A DNA stretch of 64,000 nucleotides from Hydrogenophaga sp. Its GTDB lineage: Bacteria; Pseudomonadota; Gammaproteobacteria; Burkholderiales; Burkholderiaceae_C. Made by a program: the position numbers and the translations under genes. Within the stretch, counting starts at the first letter, position 1, and each line of letters begins with the position of its first letter. The notes beneath the pieces were generated by a model. The model was not told the DNA's origin. It searched no databases and was given only the letters and a program-made list of their open reading frames with translations. The DNA lies in NCBI GenBank assembly GCA_030682835.1, contig JAUXNG010000085.1, positions 6,443-70,442 of the forward strand, written 5' to 3'. Positions 46,262 through 56,343 of the stretch are shown here, piece by piece.

Positions 46262-47830
46262 TCAGGCGACTGGCATCACCTGGCTGGCCAGGCGTGAGGC
46301 GCTCAGCGTTTCGCCGCTGCGCCCGCTGGTCCAGCGGTCAGCGAGCCAGCCGTGCTGGTGCACCGCAGCAGCCACCCGGTCCCAGCTGTCTTCCCCGCTC
46401 AGACGGGGGGCTGCCAGGGCACTGCCGAGCCATCCGGCCAGCACATCGCCAGTGCCCGCTGTGGCCAGCGCCGCATTGCCGGTTGGATTGATCAGCGGCG
46501 TGCGCCCTGGAGCGGCGACGATGGTCCCCGAGCCCTTGAGCACACACAATGCCTGGAAGCGCTCGCTCAAGGCTTGCGCGGCGGCCAGCCGGTCGATCAT
46601 CACGGCCGTGGTGTCCAGCCCCAGCAGGCGAGCAGCCTCCAGCGGGTGGGGCGTGAGCACGGTGACCCAGCCGCGCCGGGCACGTGCCTCGAAACTTGCG
46701 TGCCATTCGGGGTGCTTTGCCACCGCGTTCAGGGCGTCGGCGTCCAGTACCAGGCGGGGAGCGCCCGCCAGCAGCGTGGGGACCAGGTCTCCCACGGGGG
46801 TTCCGCCGCCACAGCCGGCAACCACGGTGCTGCTGTGCAGGAAATCAGGGTCCAGCAGCAAGGCGGTGCGGCGGAACATGAGCTCAGGGCAGACGGGGTC
46901 CCACGTCAGGGCGGCCGCTGTGGCATCAGGCGCCAGCAGGCCCACGAAAACGCGGCCGGCACCGCCGTGCAGCGCGGCGCGAGCGGCCAGTAAGGCCGCG
47001 CCCGTCATGCCGACGCCGCTGACGGCCATATCCTGGCCGCCTATCACGGCCACATCACCATGACTGCCTTTGTGGCTGGCAAGAGGACGGCTGGCTGCAG
47101 GGGGCGCCCGGCCGGCCAGCCACGCCGTGGGTGGCAGCGGGCTGCAGCCCAGATCGTCCAGCCACACCCGGCCCGCGTGATCCCGGCCCTGTGCCGTGAA
47201 CAGACCGGGTTTGAGCGTCAACAGCGACAACGTGTGGCGCGGTCCCAGAGGCATGCCCGGCCATGCGCCCGCGGAGCCCAACAGGTTGGCCATCACACCC
47301 GTGTCGGCGTTCAGTCCGCTCGGCACGTCCACGCACAGCACGGGCGCTGCGCTCTGGTGCAGGCGCTGCAGCCAGTGCGCCCCTTCGCCCTCGGGCGGGC
47401 GGCTTCGGCCAATGCCGAACAGGGCATCAATGGCCAGGTCGACGTGCTCCGGCGGGTGCTCCGCGAACACCACGCCAGCCTCCTGTGCAAGGCCAAGGGC
47501 CCACCTGGCGTCGGGGGGCAGCTGCTGCCCGTGCGGCGTCGTCCCCTGCCAGTGCGTGACCACGACCTGCATCGTTCCGCCCGCCGCGTTGGCCCATTCG
47601 TGGAGGTGGCGCGCGGCCACCAGTCCGTCGCCCCCGTTGTTGCCCGGACCACACGCCACCCAGATGCAGCGGGCGTGGGGCGCGATGGCGCGTGCCAGTT
47701 TCGCCACTGCCAGACCAGCCCGTGCCATCAGGGTGTGGTCGGGGAGGGCGGCGCTGGCCTCGGCCTCCATCTGCCGAGTGACCGCAATGCTGTGCAGGGG
47801 TTCGAAACGCTCGAGGCGGATGGCGCGCAT
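46262..47830 (-). CDS. nnr: Bifunctional NAD(P)H-hydrate epimerase/dehydratase (YjeF/Nnr)
   Basis: GPGNNGGDG, DALFGIG, VDVPSG, HKGSHG, DADAL, TPHPLEAARL, LATAGTGDVLAG. Confidence 0.92.
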   Translation of the reverse strand: MRAIRLERFEPLHSIAVTRQMEAEASAALPDHTLMARAGLAVAKLARAIAPHARCIWVACGPGNNGGDGLVAARHLHEWANAAGGTMQVVVTHWQGTTPHGQQLPPDARWALGLAQEAGVVFAEHPPEHVDLAIDALFGIGRSRPPEGEGAHWLQRLHQSAAPVLCVDVPSGLNADTGVMANLLGSAGAWPGMPLGPRHTLSLLTLKPGLFTAQGRDHAGRVWLDDLGCSPLPPTAWLAGRAPPAASRPLASHKGSHGDVAVIGGQDMAVSGVGMTGAALLAARAALHGGAGRVFVGLLAPDATAAALTWDPVCPELMFRRTALLLDPDFLHSSTVVAGCGGGTPVGDLVPTLLAGAPRLVLDADALNAVAKHPEWHASFEARARRGWVTVLTPHPLEAARLLGLDTTAVMIDRLAAAQALSERFQALCVLKGSGTIVAAPGRTPLINPTGNAALATAGTGDVLAGWLGSALAAPRLSGEDSWDRVAAAVHQHGWLADRWTSGRSGETLSASRLASQVMPVA

Positions 47831-47850
47831 AAAGGTGAAAGTGACGTTTG

Positions 47851-48387
47851 TCAGGCGGGCGGGATGCGGAGCACCTGGCCCGGATAGATCTTGTCCGGGT
47901 CGGTCAGCATGGGCTTGTTGGCTTCGAAAATCTTCGCATACTGATTGGGCGTGCCGTAGAACTGCTTGCTGACGGTCGACAGGTTGTCGCCCTTTGCCAC
48001 GGTGTACCACTGCGAGACCGGTTCAGCCGCGTTCACGGTCATCTGATCGTTGACCCTGCTGACGCTGGCCACGTTGCCGCAGCACAGCACCACTTTTTCA
48101 CGCGTGGCCTGGTCGGCGGCCATGCCGGATACCGTCACGGTTTCAGTGCCGGCGTCGAAGTCGACCTTCAAGTCGTCCACCTTCAGGCCCATACTGTGGA
48201 TGTAACGCACGATCGCATCGCCGGCCGCCCGGTTGAGATCGCCCATGTCCTGTGGCTGGGGGGCGGGTGCTGACGACGACGCCGGTGCTGCAGCGGCCGG
48301 TGCCGGCGACGGCGCGGGTGCCGCCTGCGCCCGGGCGCCGCCCAACAGTTTCTCGCCAGCGTCTTTGATGAAATTCAACATGCCCAT
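47851..48387 (-). CDS. BON-LysM protein (Kbp/YgaU-like peptidoglycan-binding LysM)
   Basis: MGMLNFIKDAGEKL, GNV in BON domain, YTVAKGDNLS...IFEANKPML.DPDKIYPGQVLRIP; AGGAGG RBS. Confidence 0.9.
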   Translation of the reverse strand: MGMLNFIKDAGEKLLGGARAQAAPAPSPAPAAAAPASSSAPAPQPQDMGDLNRAAGDAIVRYIHSMGLKVDDLKVDFDAGTETVTVSGMAADQATREKVVLCCGNVASVSRVNDQMTVNAAEPVSQWYTVAKGDNLSTVSKQFYGTPNQYAKIFEANKPMLTDPDKIYPGQVLRIPPA

Positions 48388-48512
48388 GGGTTCCTCCTGA
48401 AGTGTGGGTGATCGCGACTGGCGCGGCAATGCCGCGTCAGGCCCGAAGGCGGCAATCACCATGCCTGAGCTGTCGACGTCGGGGCGTCAAGCCCGCTTCA
48501 CCGCGCTCAGGC

Positions 48513-49787
48513 TCAGAGACCGAAGCGTCCCGGGGCGCAGCCTGCAAGGTCCACCTCGGGCGCACGGCCGGCCATGCCGTCGGCCAGGGCGCGAGCGCTG
48601 CCACAGGCCATCGACCAGCCGTGCGCACCGTGCCCCAGGTTCAGCCAGATGCCGGGTACGCGCGATGCACCGATGAGCGGCGGGCCGTCGGGCAGGCTGG
48701 CCTGCACGCCATGCCACTCCTGCACCTGTCCGTGGCGGCCGCCCAGCTGAGCGGCCCCCGGGTACCAATCCGCCAGCACCCGGTACAGCTGTTTCAAAGC
48801 TTCAGGTGAACGGCCGGCCCCGGGGCCGTCGAGCCGGGCACCACCCGCGACCCGCACCCGCTGGCCCAGCCGCACGATGGACACATGGTGGCGGGTGTCC
48901 ACCACAGCGGCCACGGGGGCATCCACCGGCTCACGCACCGGCGCGCTGATGGAGTGGCCGTACACGGCTTGCAGTGGGAGTCGCAGACCCAGCGGCCGAA
49001 GCAAGCCGACGCTCGCCATGCCCGCGCAGATCGCCACGGCGTCGAACGTGCTTGCGGTGGCCGCGTCCGCCTGGCGGTGGTGAACGGTCACAGCCCGCCC
49101 CGGGCCGTCCACCGGGGTCATGCGTTCGACGGTGCTGCCGAACATGAAATGGCAGCCCAGGCGCTGGGCCTCGCCTCGCAGCAACAGGGCGAACTCCCGG
49201 CAGTTGGCCGCGGATTCGCCTTCCAGCTCTGTCGCACTGTGCAAGGGCGTGCCACCCTGCAGGGCCGGCTCAAGCTGGCGCGCGTCGTCGCCCGACAGCG
49301 TGCGGGCGGTGAGGCCCATTTCGCGCATCAGGTCCATGGTGGGCTGTGCTCGCTCCAGGTCCTGAGCAGTGCGCCACAACAGCAGGAGTCCCTGGCAGCG
49401 GTCGTGGTCCAGGTTGAGCGTGGCGCCCAGATCGCCCTGGCGCTCCTGGCTGTAGGCCATCAGGCCGAGCATCTGGCGTTGCAGCCCCGCCCGCGCACCG
49501 GGGCGACCGCACTGGTGCCATTGCCAGAGCCAGCGCCACTGGGCGCCCCGCGGCAGACGGTCCAGCTGGAGCGCGCTGCCCGGCCCGCCAAAAAGCGTCC
49601 GCCACGCCCGCTCGGCGCCGATTCGGGCGGTCGACCAGCCTGGCGTGATCACCGAGCCATTGGCAAAACTCGCTTCCTCGGCCGCCGTGTGCCGGCGGTC
49701 GAACACCGTCACCTCGTGGCCGTCCAGTGTCAGTTCATAGGCGGTGGTGATGCCCACCACGCCCGCGCCCACCACAGCAATCTTCAT
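48513..49787 (-). CDS. FAD-dependent oxidoreductase, D-amino-acid dehydrogenase-like
   Basis: MKIAVVGAGVVG, ASFAN, PDGPPLIG, LNLGHG..GW. Confidence 0.85.
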   Translation of the reverse strand: MKIAVVGAGVVGITTAYELTLDGHEVTVFDRRHTAAEEASFANGSVITPGWSTARIGAERAWRTLFGGPGSALQLDRLPRGAQWRWLWQWHQCGRPGARAGLQRQMLGLMAYSQERQGDLGATLNLDHDRCQGLLLLWRTAQDLERAQPTMDLMREMGLTARTLSGDDARQLEPALQGGTPLHSATELEGESAANCREFALLLRGEAQRLGCHFMFGSTVERMTPVDGPGRAVTVHHRQADAATASTFDAVAICAGMASVGLLRPLGLRLPLQAVYGHSISAPVREPVDAPVAAVVDTRHHVSIVRLGQRVRVAGGARLDGPGAGRSPEALKQLYRVLADWYPGAAQLGGRHGQVQEWHGVQASLPDGPPLIGASRVPGIWLNLGHGAHGWSMACGSARALADGMAGRAPEVDLAGCAPGRFGL

Positions 49788-50029
49788 GGCCGGCCCAGCC
49801 GGCAGGCTCGCCCCGCGGTGTCTGACGGGCCGTGGGTGGGCCGGCAGCAAGGGCTTGAAGCGTGCTGAGGTCGAAGATGGGTGAGGCAGCGCATGGCGGA
49901 GAAAGGAGATGGCAGCCGCGCTGTTCGCGGCGGTTCCGAAACGAAACGTAAGAGGGCCCTGGTGGCGACGGCATTGTGCCGCAAGCGCGGTGCACGCTGG
50001 CTGGACGGAGGGCCTGGCGCGAGCGCGGC

Positions 50030-50038
50030 TGCTATAAT
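50030..50038 (+). promoter_or_regulatory. Extended -10 promoter of the rpsB-tsf operon
   Basis: TGCTATAAT about 160 nt upstream of rpsB. Confidence 0.7.
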
Positions 50039-50044
50039 CGACAG

Positions 50045-50196
50045 GCTTTACACCTGATGCAGCGTCTGTTTGCGGCAGCGTGTGAAGAAATCGCAAACCA
50101 GCCCAACCAGGTGTTGTCGGGTCGGCCAGGCGCCTGAGGCGCTGGCGCCCGACAATCGGGGCTGGATTTTAGTCCCAACCTCTGGAAAGAAATCCC
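50045..50196 (+). ncRNA. rpsB 5' leader (S2 autoregulatory, t44/tff-like structured UTR)
   Basis: Long UTR with hairpins (TTGTCGGG...CCCGACAA; CCAGCCC...GGGCTGG) at the position known for the rpsB leader. Confidence 0.55.
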
Positions 50197-50952
50197 ATGT
50201 CTATCTCCATGCGCGAAATGCTGGAAGCCGGTGTCCATTTTGGCCACCAGACCCGCTTCTGGAACCCCAAGATGGCTCCGTACATCTTCGGTCACCGCAA
50301 CAAGATCCACATCGTCAACCTCGAGAAGACGCTGCCCCTGTTCGAAGATGCCGCCAAGTTCGTGCGTCAGCTGTCCGCCAACCGCGGCACCATCCTGATG
50401 GTGGGTACCAAGCGCACCTCGCGCGACATCGTCGCCCAGGAAGCCCGTCGTGCCGGCGTGCCTTTCGTGGACCAGCGCTGGCTCGGCGGCATGCTGACCA
50501 ACTTTAAGACGGTCAAGACCTCCATCAAGCGTCTGAAGGACATGCAGGCTCAGCAGGAAGGTGGCCTGGAGAGCATGAGCAAGAAAGAGCAGCTCATGTT
50601 TGCCCGCGAAATGGAAAAGCTGGAGAAAGACATTGGCGGCATCCAGGACATGACCGCGCTGCCCGACGCCATCTTCGTGGTCGACGTCGGCTTCCACAAG
50701 ATCGCCGTGCTGGAAGCGCAGAAGCTGGGCATCCCGCTGGTGGGTGTGGTCGATACCAACCACTCGCCCGTCGGCATCGACTACGTGATTCCCGGTAACG
50801 ACGACTCGGCCCGCGCCGTGGCGCTGTACGCCCGTGGCATCGCTGACGCGATCCTCGAAGGCCGCAACAACGCCGTCAACGACGTCGTGAAGGCCGTTGC
50901 CGCAGAAGGCAAGGACGAGTTCGTGGAAGTCAAGGAAGACGCAGCCGCCTGA
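50197..50952 (+). CDS. rpsB: 30S ribosomal protein S2
   Basis: [35 protein letters not shown]. Confidence 0.98.
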   Translation: MSISMREMLEAGVHFGHQTRFWNPKMAPYIFGHRNKIHIVNLEKTLPLFEDAAKFVRQLSANRGTILMVGTKRTSRDIVAQEARRAGVPFVDQRWLGGMLTNFKTVKTSIKRLKDMQAQQEGGLESMSKKEQLMFAREMEKLEKDIGGIQDMTALPDAIFVVDVGFHKIAVLEAQKLGIPLVGVVDTNHSPVGIDYVIPGNDDSARAVALYARGIADAILEGRNNAVNDVVKAVAAEGKDEFVEVKEDAAA

Positions 50953-50968
50953 TTGCTGCGCTCGCGCG

Positions 50969-50995
50969 AAAGAGGGGCTCGTGGGCCCCTTTTTC
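50969..50995 (+). terminator. Attenuator/terminator between rpsB and tsf
   Basis: AGGGGC...GCCCCT stem followed by T run. Confidence 0.7.
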
Positions 50996-51065
50996 ACACC
51001 CCTACTGGATCAATTGACCCGTCGCAGCAACGTCTTGCACGCGCTGCGGCCAATGGAGAACTGAA

Positions 51066-51983
51066 ATGGCAATTACCGCAAGCATGGTCGCCGAACTGCG
51101 CGCCAAGACCGACGCACCCATGATGGAGTGCAAGAAAGCCCTGACCGAAGCCGAAGGCGACATGGCCAAGGCCGAAGAGCTGCTGCGCGTCAAGCTCGGC
51201 ACGAAAGCCGGCAAGGCCGCCAGCCGTGTGACGGCTGAAGGCGTGATCACCAGCTTCGTCAATGGCTCCACCGGCGCCGTGATGGAAGTGAACTGCGAAA
51301 CCGACTTCGTGACCAAGAACGACAGCTTCCTGGCGCTGGCCAACGCCGCTGCCCAGCTCGCTGCCGAGCACAACCCCGCCGACGTGGCAGCCCTGGGTGC
51401 ACTGCCTTACAGCCAGGACGGCTTTGGCCCCACCCTGGAAGACGTGCGCAAGGGCCTGATCGGCAAGATCGGCGAGAACATGAGCTTCCGCCGCTTCCAG
51501 CGTTACAGCGGCAGCGACAAGCTCGCCACCTACCTGCACGGCACCCGCATCGGCGTGGTGGTGGCCTATGAGGGTGACGATGTCGCCGCCAAGGACACCG
51601 CGATGCACATCGCTGCCATGAAGCCGGTGTCGCTGACTAGCGCCGACGTGCCTGCCGAGTTCATCGAGCGCGAGCGCTCGGTGGCCACCGCCAAGGCCGA
51701 CGAGGCGAACAAGGAACTCGTGGCTGCCGGCAAGCCGGCCCAGAGCGCCGAGATCGTCGCCAAGCGCATCGATGGCGCCGTGCAGAAATACCTGAAGGAA
51801 GTCTCGCTGTTCAACCAGTCCTTCGTGAAAAACGACAAGCAGACCGTCGAGCAGATGCTCAAAGCCTCGGGCACCACGGTCAAGTCGTTCACGCTGTACG
51901 TGGTGGGCGAGGGCATCGAGAAGAAGGTGGACGACTTCGCAGCTGAAGTCGCCGCTCAGGTGGCCGCCGCACAAGGCGCCTGA
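51066..51983 (+). CDS. tsf: Elongation factor Ts
   Basis: [30 protein letters not shown]. Confidence 0.98.
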   Translation: MAITASMVAELRAKTDAPMMECKKALTEAEGDMAKAEELLRVKLGTKAGKAASRVTAEGVITSFVNGSTGAVMEVNCETDFVTKNDSFLALANAAAQLAAEHNPADVAALGALPYSQDGFGPTLEDVRKGLIGKIGENMSFRRFQRYSGSDKLATYLHGTRIGVVVAYEGDDVAAKDTAMHIAAMKPVSLTSADVPAEFIERERSVATAKADEANKELVAAGKPAQSAEIVAKRIDGAVQKYLKEVSLFNQSFVKNDKQTVEQMLKASGTTVKSFTLYVVGEGIEKKVDDFAAEVAAQVAAAQGA

Positions 51984-52021
51984 TTCCGGGCTGGGCCTGT
52001 CCAGCGCTTCTGCTGACTGAC

Positions 52022-52045
52022 ACGACGGGCCGCAAGGCCCGTTGT
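52022..52045 (+). terminator. Hairpin after tsf
   Basis: ACGACGGGCC-GCAA-GGCCCGTTGT with GNRA tetraloop. Confidence 0.6.
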
Positions 52046-52145
52046 CTTGTCCGGTTCCCATGACCTTCGCGCACAGGGCGGGTACCGGCACATCGGTACA
52101 CTTGACTGTTGTGCAATTTGTTATTTGATTTCCAGAGAGTTGCCC

Positions 52146-52856
52146 ATGCCAGCTTACAAACGGATCCTGCTGAAGTTGTCAGGTGAAGCCCTGATGGGCG
52201 ACGATGCTTTCGGCATCAACCGCGCCACCATCGTGCGCATCGTCGAAGAGATTGCGGAAGTCACGCGCCTCGGGGTGGAAGTGGCCGTGGTCATCGGTGG
52301 CGGCAACATTTTCCGCGGTGTCGCGGGAGGCTCGGTCGGCATGGACCGCGCCACGGCCGATTACATGGGCATGCTGGCCACGGTGATGAACTCCCTCGCC
52401 CTGGCCGATTCGATGAACAAGGCGGGCATCGTCGCCCGGGTGATGTCGGCCATTGCCATCGAGCAGGTGGTCGAGCCCTATGTGCGCCCGAAAGCCCTCC
52501 AGTACCTCGAAGAGGGCAAGGTGGTGGTGTTTGCCGCCGGTACCGGCAATCCTTTCTTCACGACCGACACCGCCGCCGCCCTGCGCGGTGCTGAAATCGG
52601 TGCCGAGATCGTGCTCAAGGCCACCAAGGTGGACGGCGTCTACACTGCCGACCCGCACAAGGATCCGACGGCCACGCGTTACACCACGATCTCGTTTGAT
52701 GAGGCCATGGCCCGCAACCTGCAGGTGATGGACGCCACCGCGTTCGCCCTGTGCCGCGACCAGAAGCTGCCCGTCAAGGTGTTCTCGATCTTCAAGCCCG
52801 GCGCTCTGCGCAATGTGGTGCTGGGCGGGGATGAGGGCACGCTGGTCCACGTCTGA
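52146..52856 (+). CDS. pyrH: Uridylate kinase
   Basis: [37 protein letters not shown]. Confidence 0.97.
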   Translation: MPAYKRILLKLSGEALMGDDAFGINRATIVRIVEEIAEVTRLGVEVAVVIGGGNIFRGVAGGSVGMDRATADYMGMLATVMNSLALADSMNKAGIVARVMSAIAIEQVVEPYVRPKALQYLEEGKVVVFAAGTGNPFFTTDTAAALRGAEIGAEIVLKATKVDGVYTADPHKDPTATRYTTISFDEAMARNLQVMDATAFALCRDQKLPVKVFSIFKPGALRNVVLGGDEGTLVHV

Positions 52857-52900
52857 TGCCAGAGCGCATCGCCAAACCCAAGATGTATTGAGGAGCATTC

Positions 52901-53461
52901 ATGAGCACCGCCGAGATCCGCCAGACCGCCGAGCACAAGATGCAGCAGTCGCTGGAAGCCCTGAAGAACAGCCTGTCGCGCGTGCGCACGGGACGGCCCA
53001 ACCCGCAATTGCTGGACACGGTGCACGTGGACTACTACGGCTCCATGCTGCCGCTGTCGCAGGTCGCCAACCTCACCTTGCTCGACGCCCGCACCATCGG
53101 GGTCGCACCGTGGGAAAAGGGCATGGGCGCCAAGATTGAGAAAGCGATCCGGGAGTCCGACCTGGGCCTGAACCCGTCGAGCCAGGGTGACCTGATCCGC
53201 GTTCCCATGCCGCCCATGACCGAAGAGCGCCGCAAGGAACTCACCAAGGTCGTGCGAAACGAAGGCGAAGCCGCGAAGATCGCGATCCGCAACCTGCGCC
53301 GTGACGCCAACGAAGCGGTGAAGAAGCTGGTGAAGGAGAAGCTGGCGTCGGAAGACGACGAGCGCCGCTCGCAGGACGACGTCCAGAAACTGACCGACCG
53401 CATGATCATCGAGGTGGACCGCCTGGTGACCTCGAAGGAACAGGACATCATGGCCGTCTGA
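52901..53461 (+). CDS. frr: Ribosome recycling factor
   Basis: [32 protein letters not shown]. Confidence 0.97.
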   Translation: MSTAEIRQTAEHKMQQSLEALKNSLSRVRTGRPNPQLLDTVHVDYYGSMLPLSQVANLTLLDARTIGVAPWEKGMGAKIEKAIRESDLGLNPSSQGDLIRVPMPPMTEERRKELTKVVRNEGEAAKIAIRNLRRDANEAVKKLVKEKLASEDDERRSQDDVQKLTDRMIIEVDRLVTSKEQDIMAV

Positions 53462-53499
53462 GGCAGCTGCTGCTGCCTCTGCTGAGCCCTGACCCGCCC

Positions 53500-54255
53500 A
53501 TGTCCGATCCGTTTCTTCCGGAACATCCCGCGCCTGCCGGTCTGCCCCGACACGTGGCCATCGTCATGGATGGCAATGGCCGCTGGGCCCAGAAGCGCTG
53601 GCTGCCACGGGTGGCCGGGCACAAGCAGGGCGCCGACGCTCTGCGCCGTATTGTCCGGGCGTGTGCCCGTTCCGGCGTCACCGCCCTGACCGTGTTTGCT
53701 TTTTCCTCTGAAAACTGGAAGCGACCGGTCGAGGAAGTGGCCGGCCTGATGGAACTGCTGCTGATGGCGCTCTCGCGCGAGGGCCCAACGCTCAAGCAGA
53801 ACGGCGTGCGCCTGTATTTTCCCGGTGACCGCAGCGGCCTCTCGGCCAAGGTGGTCAAGGGGATCGAGGCCGCCGAAGCGGACACCGCGCACAACCGGCG
53901 CATGGCCCTGAATGTGTGTTTCAACTACGGCGGCCGCTGGGACATCGTGCAGGCGGCCCGCACCCTGGCCCAGCGCGGAGAAGACATCACCGAGGAAAGC
54001 CTGGCGCGCCACACGGCACTGGCCCATGTTGGCGACCCGGACCTGATGATCCGAACCGGCGGCGAATGCCGCATCAGCAATTTCCTGCTCTGGCAGTCCG
54101 CATACACAGAGCTGTACTTCACCGAGTGCCTCTGGCCCGATTTCGACGAGGCCGAACTGGAACGTGCATTGGCCGACTATGCGGGTCGGGAGCGCCGCTT
54201 CGGTCAGGTCTCGGAGCAGCGGGGCGCGCCAGCCGTGGCGCAGCGCCATGCTTAA
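53500..54255 (+). CDS. uppS: Undecaprenyl diphosphate synthase
   Basis: PRHVAIVMDGNGRWA, FAFSSENWKRP, IRTGGECRISNFLLWQ. Confidence 0.96.
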   Translation: MSDPFLPEHPAPAGLPRHVAIVMDGNGRWAQKRWLPRVAGHKQGADALRRIVRACARSGVTALTVFAFSSENWKRPVEEVAGLMELLLMALSREGPTLKQNGVRLYFPGDRSGLSAKVVKGIEAAEADTAHNRRMALNVCFNYGGRWDIVQAARTLAQRGEDITEESLARHTALAHVGDPDLMIRTGGECRISNFLLWQSAYTELYFTECLWPDFDEAELERALADYAGRERRFGQVSEQRGAPAVAQRHA

Positions 54256-55081
54256 GCAGCGCATCATCACGGCCCTGGTGCTGCTGGCCTTTCTGCTACC
54301 CGCGCTGTTTTATCCCGCGATTGAACCCTTTGCCTTGCTGACGCTGCTGCTGATCGTGGGCGGCGGCTGGGAGTGGGGGCGGCTCAATGGCCGCTCTTCC
54401 GGCGCGGCTCTCGCGCTCGGCCTGGGCCTGGGCGCCTTGCTCGGGGGATTCTGGTGGTTCGGCGGGCTTGACCAGTCGTGGCGTGGGCTCTGGTTGTTCA
54501 CGGGAGTTTTGTGGGTGGTACTGGCCGTGGTGATGCTCAAGCGCGGCGTGCCCGGCTGGGGTGCGTGGCCGGCACCGCTGCGCCTGTGGCTCGGTCTGCT
54601 GTTGATCGCATCTGCCTGGCTGGCGCTGGTGCAGGCACGGCAACAGGGACTTGGCTTCCTGCTGTCGGTGCTGACGCTGGTGTGGATGGCAGACATCGCC
54701 GCCTATGCGGGTGGCCGGGCGCTGGGCAGGCGCAAGCTGGCCCCGTCCATCAGCCCCGGCAAGAGCTGGGAAGGGGCCGTGAGCGGGTTCGTCGGCGTGT
54801 GTCTGCTGGCCGGCGGCTGGCTCTTGGCCGAATCCCATGGCTGGGCCGATGGCACGAGCCTATACGCGCTGCTCTGGTCTGGCGGGCCATTTCTGTTCGC
54901 GGCAGCCCTGGTTTTTCTTGTCTGCATGAGCGTCGTGGGCGATCTGATTGAATCCCTCGTCAAACGCAGCGCAGGCGTCAAGGACTCCAGCCAGCTGCTC
55001 CCCGGCCATGGCGGGGTGCTGGACCGTGTCGACGCACTGCTGCCCGTGTTGCCGCTGGCCATGATGCTGGCCACTTTCTGA
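54248..55081 (+). CDS. cdsA: Phosphatidate cytidylyltransferase
   Basis: MLKQRIITA, SPGKSWEG, GDLIESLVKRSAGVKDS..LPGHGGVLDRVD. Confidence 0.95.
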   Translation: MLKQRIITALVLLAFLLPALFYPAIEPFALLTLLLIVGGGWEWGRLNGRSSGAALALGLGLGALLGGFWWFGGLDQSWRGLWLFTGVLWVVLAVVMLKRGVPGWGAWPAPLRLWLGLLLIASAWLALVQARQQGLGFLLSVLTLVWMADIAAYAGGRALGRRKLAPSISPGKSWEGAVSGFVGVCLLAGGWLLAESHGWADGTSLYALLWSGGPFLFAAALVFLVCMSVVGDLIESLVKRSAGVKDSSQLLPGHGGVLDRVDALLPVLPLAMMLATF

Positions 55082-55086
55082 CGTCC

Positions 55087-56271
55087 ATGACCCACATTCA
55101 GTCCATCACGGTTCTCGGCTCCACCGGCTCCATCGGCACTAGCACGCTGGACGTGCTGGCACGCCATCCCGAACGCTTCTCGGTGTTCGCGCTCACGGCC
55201 GCCACGCAGGTGGACCTGCTGCTGGCCCAGTGCCAGCGGTTTTCCCCTCGTTATGCCGTGATGGCGAGTGAGGTGCATGCCCGGCAACTCGCCGAGCGGG
55301 TGCGCGAGCTCGGGCTGGCCGTTGAGGTGCTCGCCGGCGAGCAGGCCCTGTGCGATGTGAGCTGCGCCGAGCCGGTGGATGCGGTCATGGCCGCCATCGT
55401 GGGTGCTGCAGGACTGGCACCCAGTCTGGCCGCCGCGCGGGCCGGCAAGAAGTTGCTGCTGGCGAACAAAGAGGCCCTGGTGGTCGGAGGCGATCTGTTC
55501 ATGGAAGCGGTGCGCACCGGTGGTGCCACCTTGCTCCCTATCGACAGCGAGCATTCGGCCATCTTCCAGTCCTTGCCGCATGATCCGGCCACCTGGGCCC
55601 GGCGTGTCCACAAGATCGTGCTCACCGCCTCCGGTGGTCCGTTCCGTACCCGAGACCCGGCCACCATGGCCGCGGTGACGCCCCAGCAGGCCTGCGCGCA
55701 CCCCAACTGGGTCATGGGCCGCAAGATTTCGGTGGATTCGGCCACGATGATGAACAAGGCGCTGGAGGTGATCGAAGCGCGTTATCTGTTTGGCCTGGCG
55801 CCGGCACAGATCGAGGTGGTGATCCATCCCCAGAGCATCATCCATTCGATGGTGCAGTATGTCGACCAGTCCATCGTGGCCCAGCTTGGCACGGCCGACA
55901 TGCGCGTACCGATCGCCTATGGCCTGTCGTGGCCGGAACGCATGAGCTCCGGCGCTGCGGCCCTCGACTTCGCCACCCTGGGGGCGCTCACCTTCGAGCA
56001 GCCGGACGACCAGCGCTTTCCCGGCCTCCGGCTGGCCTGGGAGGCGCTCGAAGGCCCACCCGGCACCACGGCCGTCCTGAATGCGGCCAACGAAGTGGCG
56101 GTGGCTGCATTCCTGGACGAGCGCCTGCGTTTTGACCAGATCCATGCCGTCAACCGTGCAACTTTGAACGCCCTGTCGCCCTCCAAGCCGCAGTCACTGG
56201 CCGATCTGCTGGCCATCGACGCCGAAGCGCGCGCCGTGGCAACAGCCGTGGCCGGGCGCCTGCCAAGGTGA
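55087..56271 (+). CDS. dxr: 1-deoxy-D-xylulose 5-phosphate reductoisomerase
   Basis: LGSTGSIG, LANKE, PIDSEH, HPNWVMGRKISVDSATMMNK. Confidence 0.97.
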   Translation: MTHIQSITVLGSTGSIGTSTLDVLARHPERFSVFALTAATQVDLLLAQCQRFSPRYAVMASEVHARQLAERVRELGLAVEVLAGEQALCDVSCAEPVDAVMAAIVGAAGLAPSLAAARAGKKLLLANKEALVVGGDLFMEAVRTGGATLLPIDSEHSAIFQSLPHDPATWARRVHKIVLTASGGPFRTRDPATMAAVTPQQACAHPNWVMGRKISVDSATMMNKALEVIEARYLFGLAPAQIEVVIHPQSIIHSMVQYVDQSIVAQLGTADMRVPIAYGLSWPERMSSGAAALDFATLGALTFEQPDDQRFPGLRLAWEALEGPPGTTAVLNAANEVAVAAFLDERLRFDQIHAVNRATLNALSPSKPQSLADLLAIDAEARAVATAVAGRLPR

Positions 56272-56343
56272 TGGCGGGGCGTTTGTGCCCCTGTCACCCC
56301 GAGTCGCCCGCGCTTGGCCTGATTTTTCCGAACCGGTAGTTCC

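Noticed and set aside
49784-49894. 36-codon Cys-containing upstream ORF whose stop overlaps the dadA-like start
   Set aside because: No SD, and the TGA arises automatically from ATG AAG; no independent support
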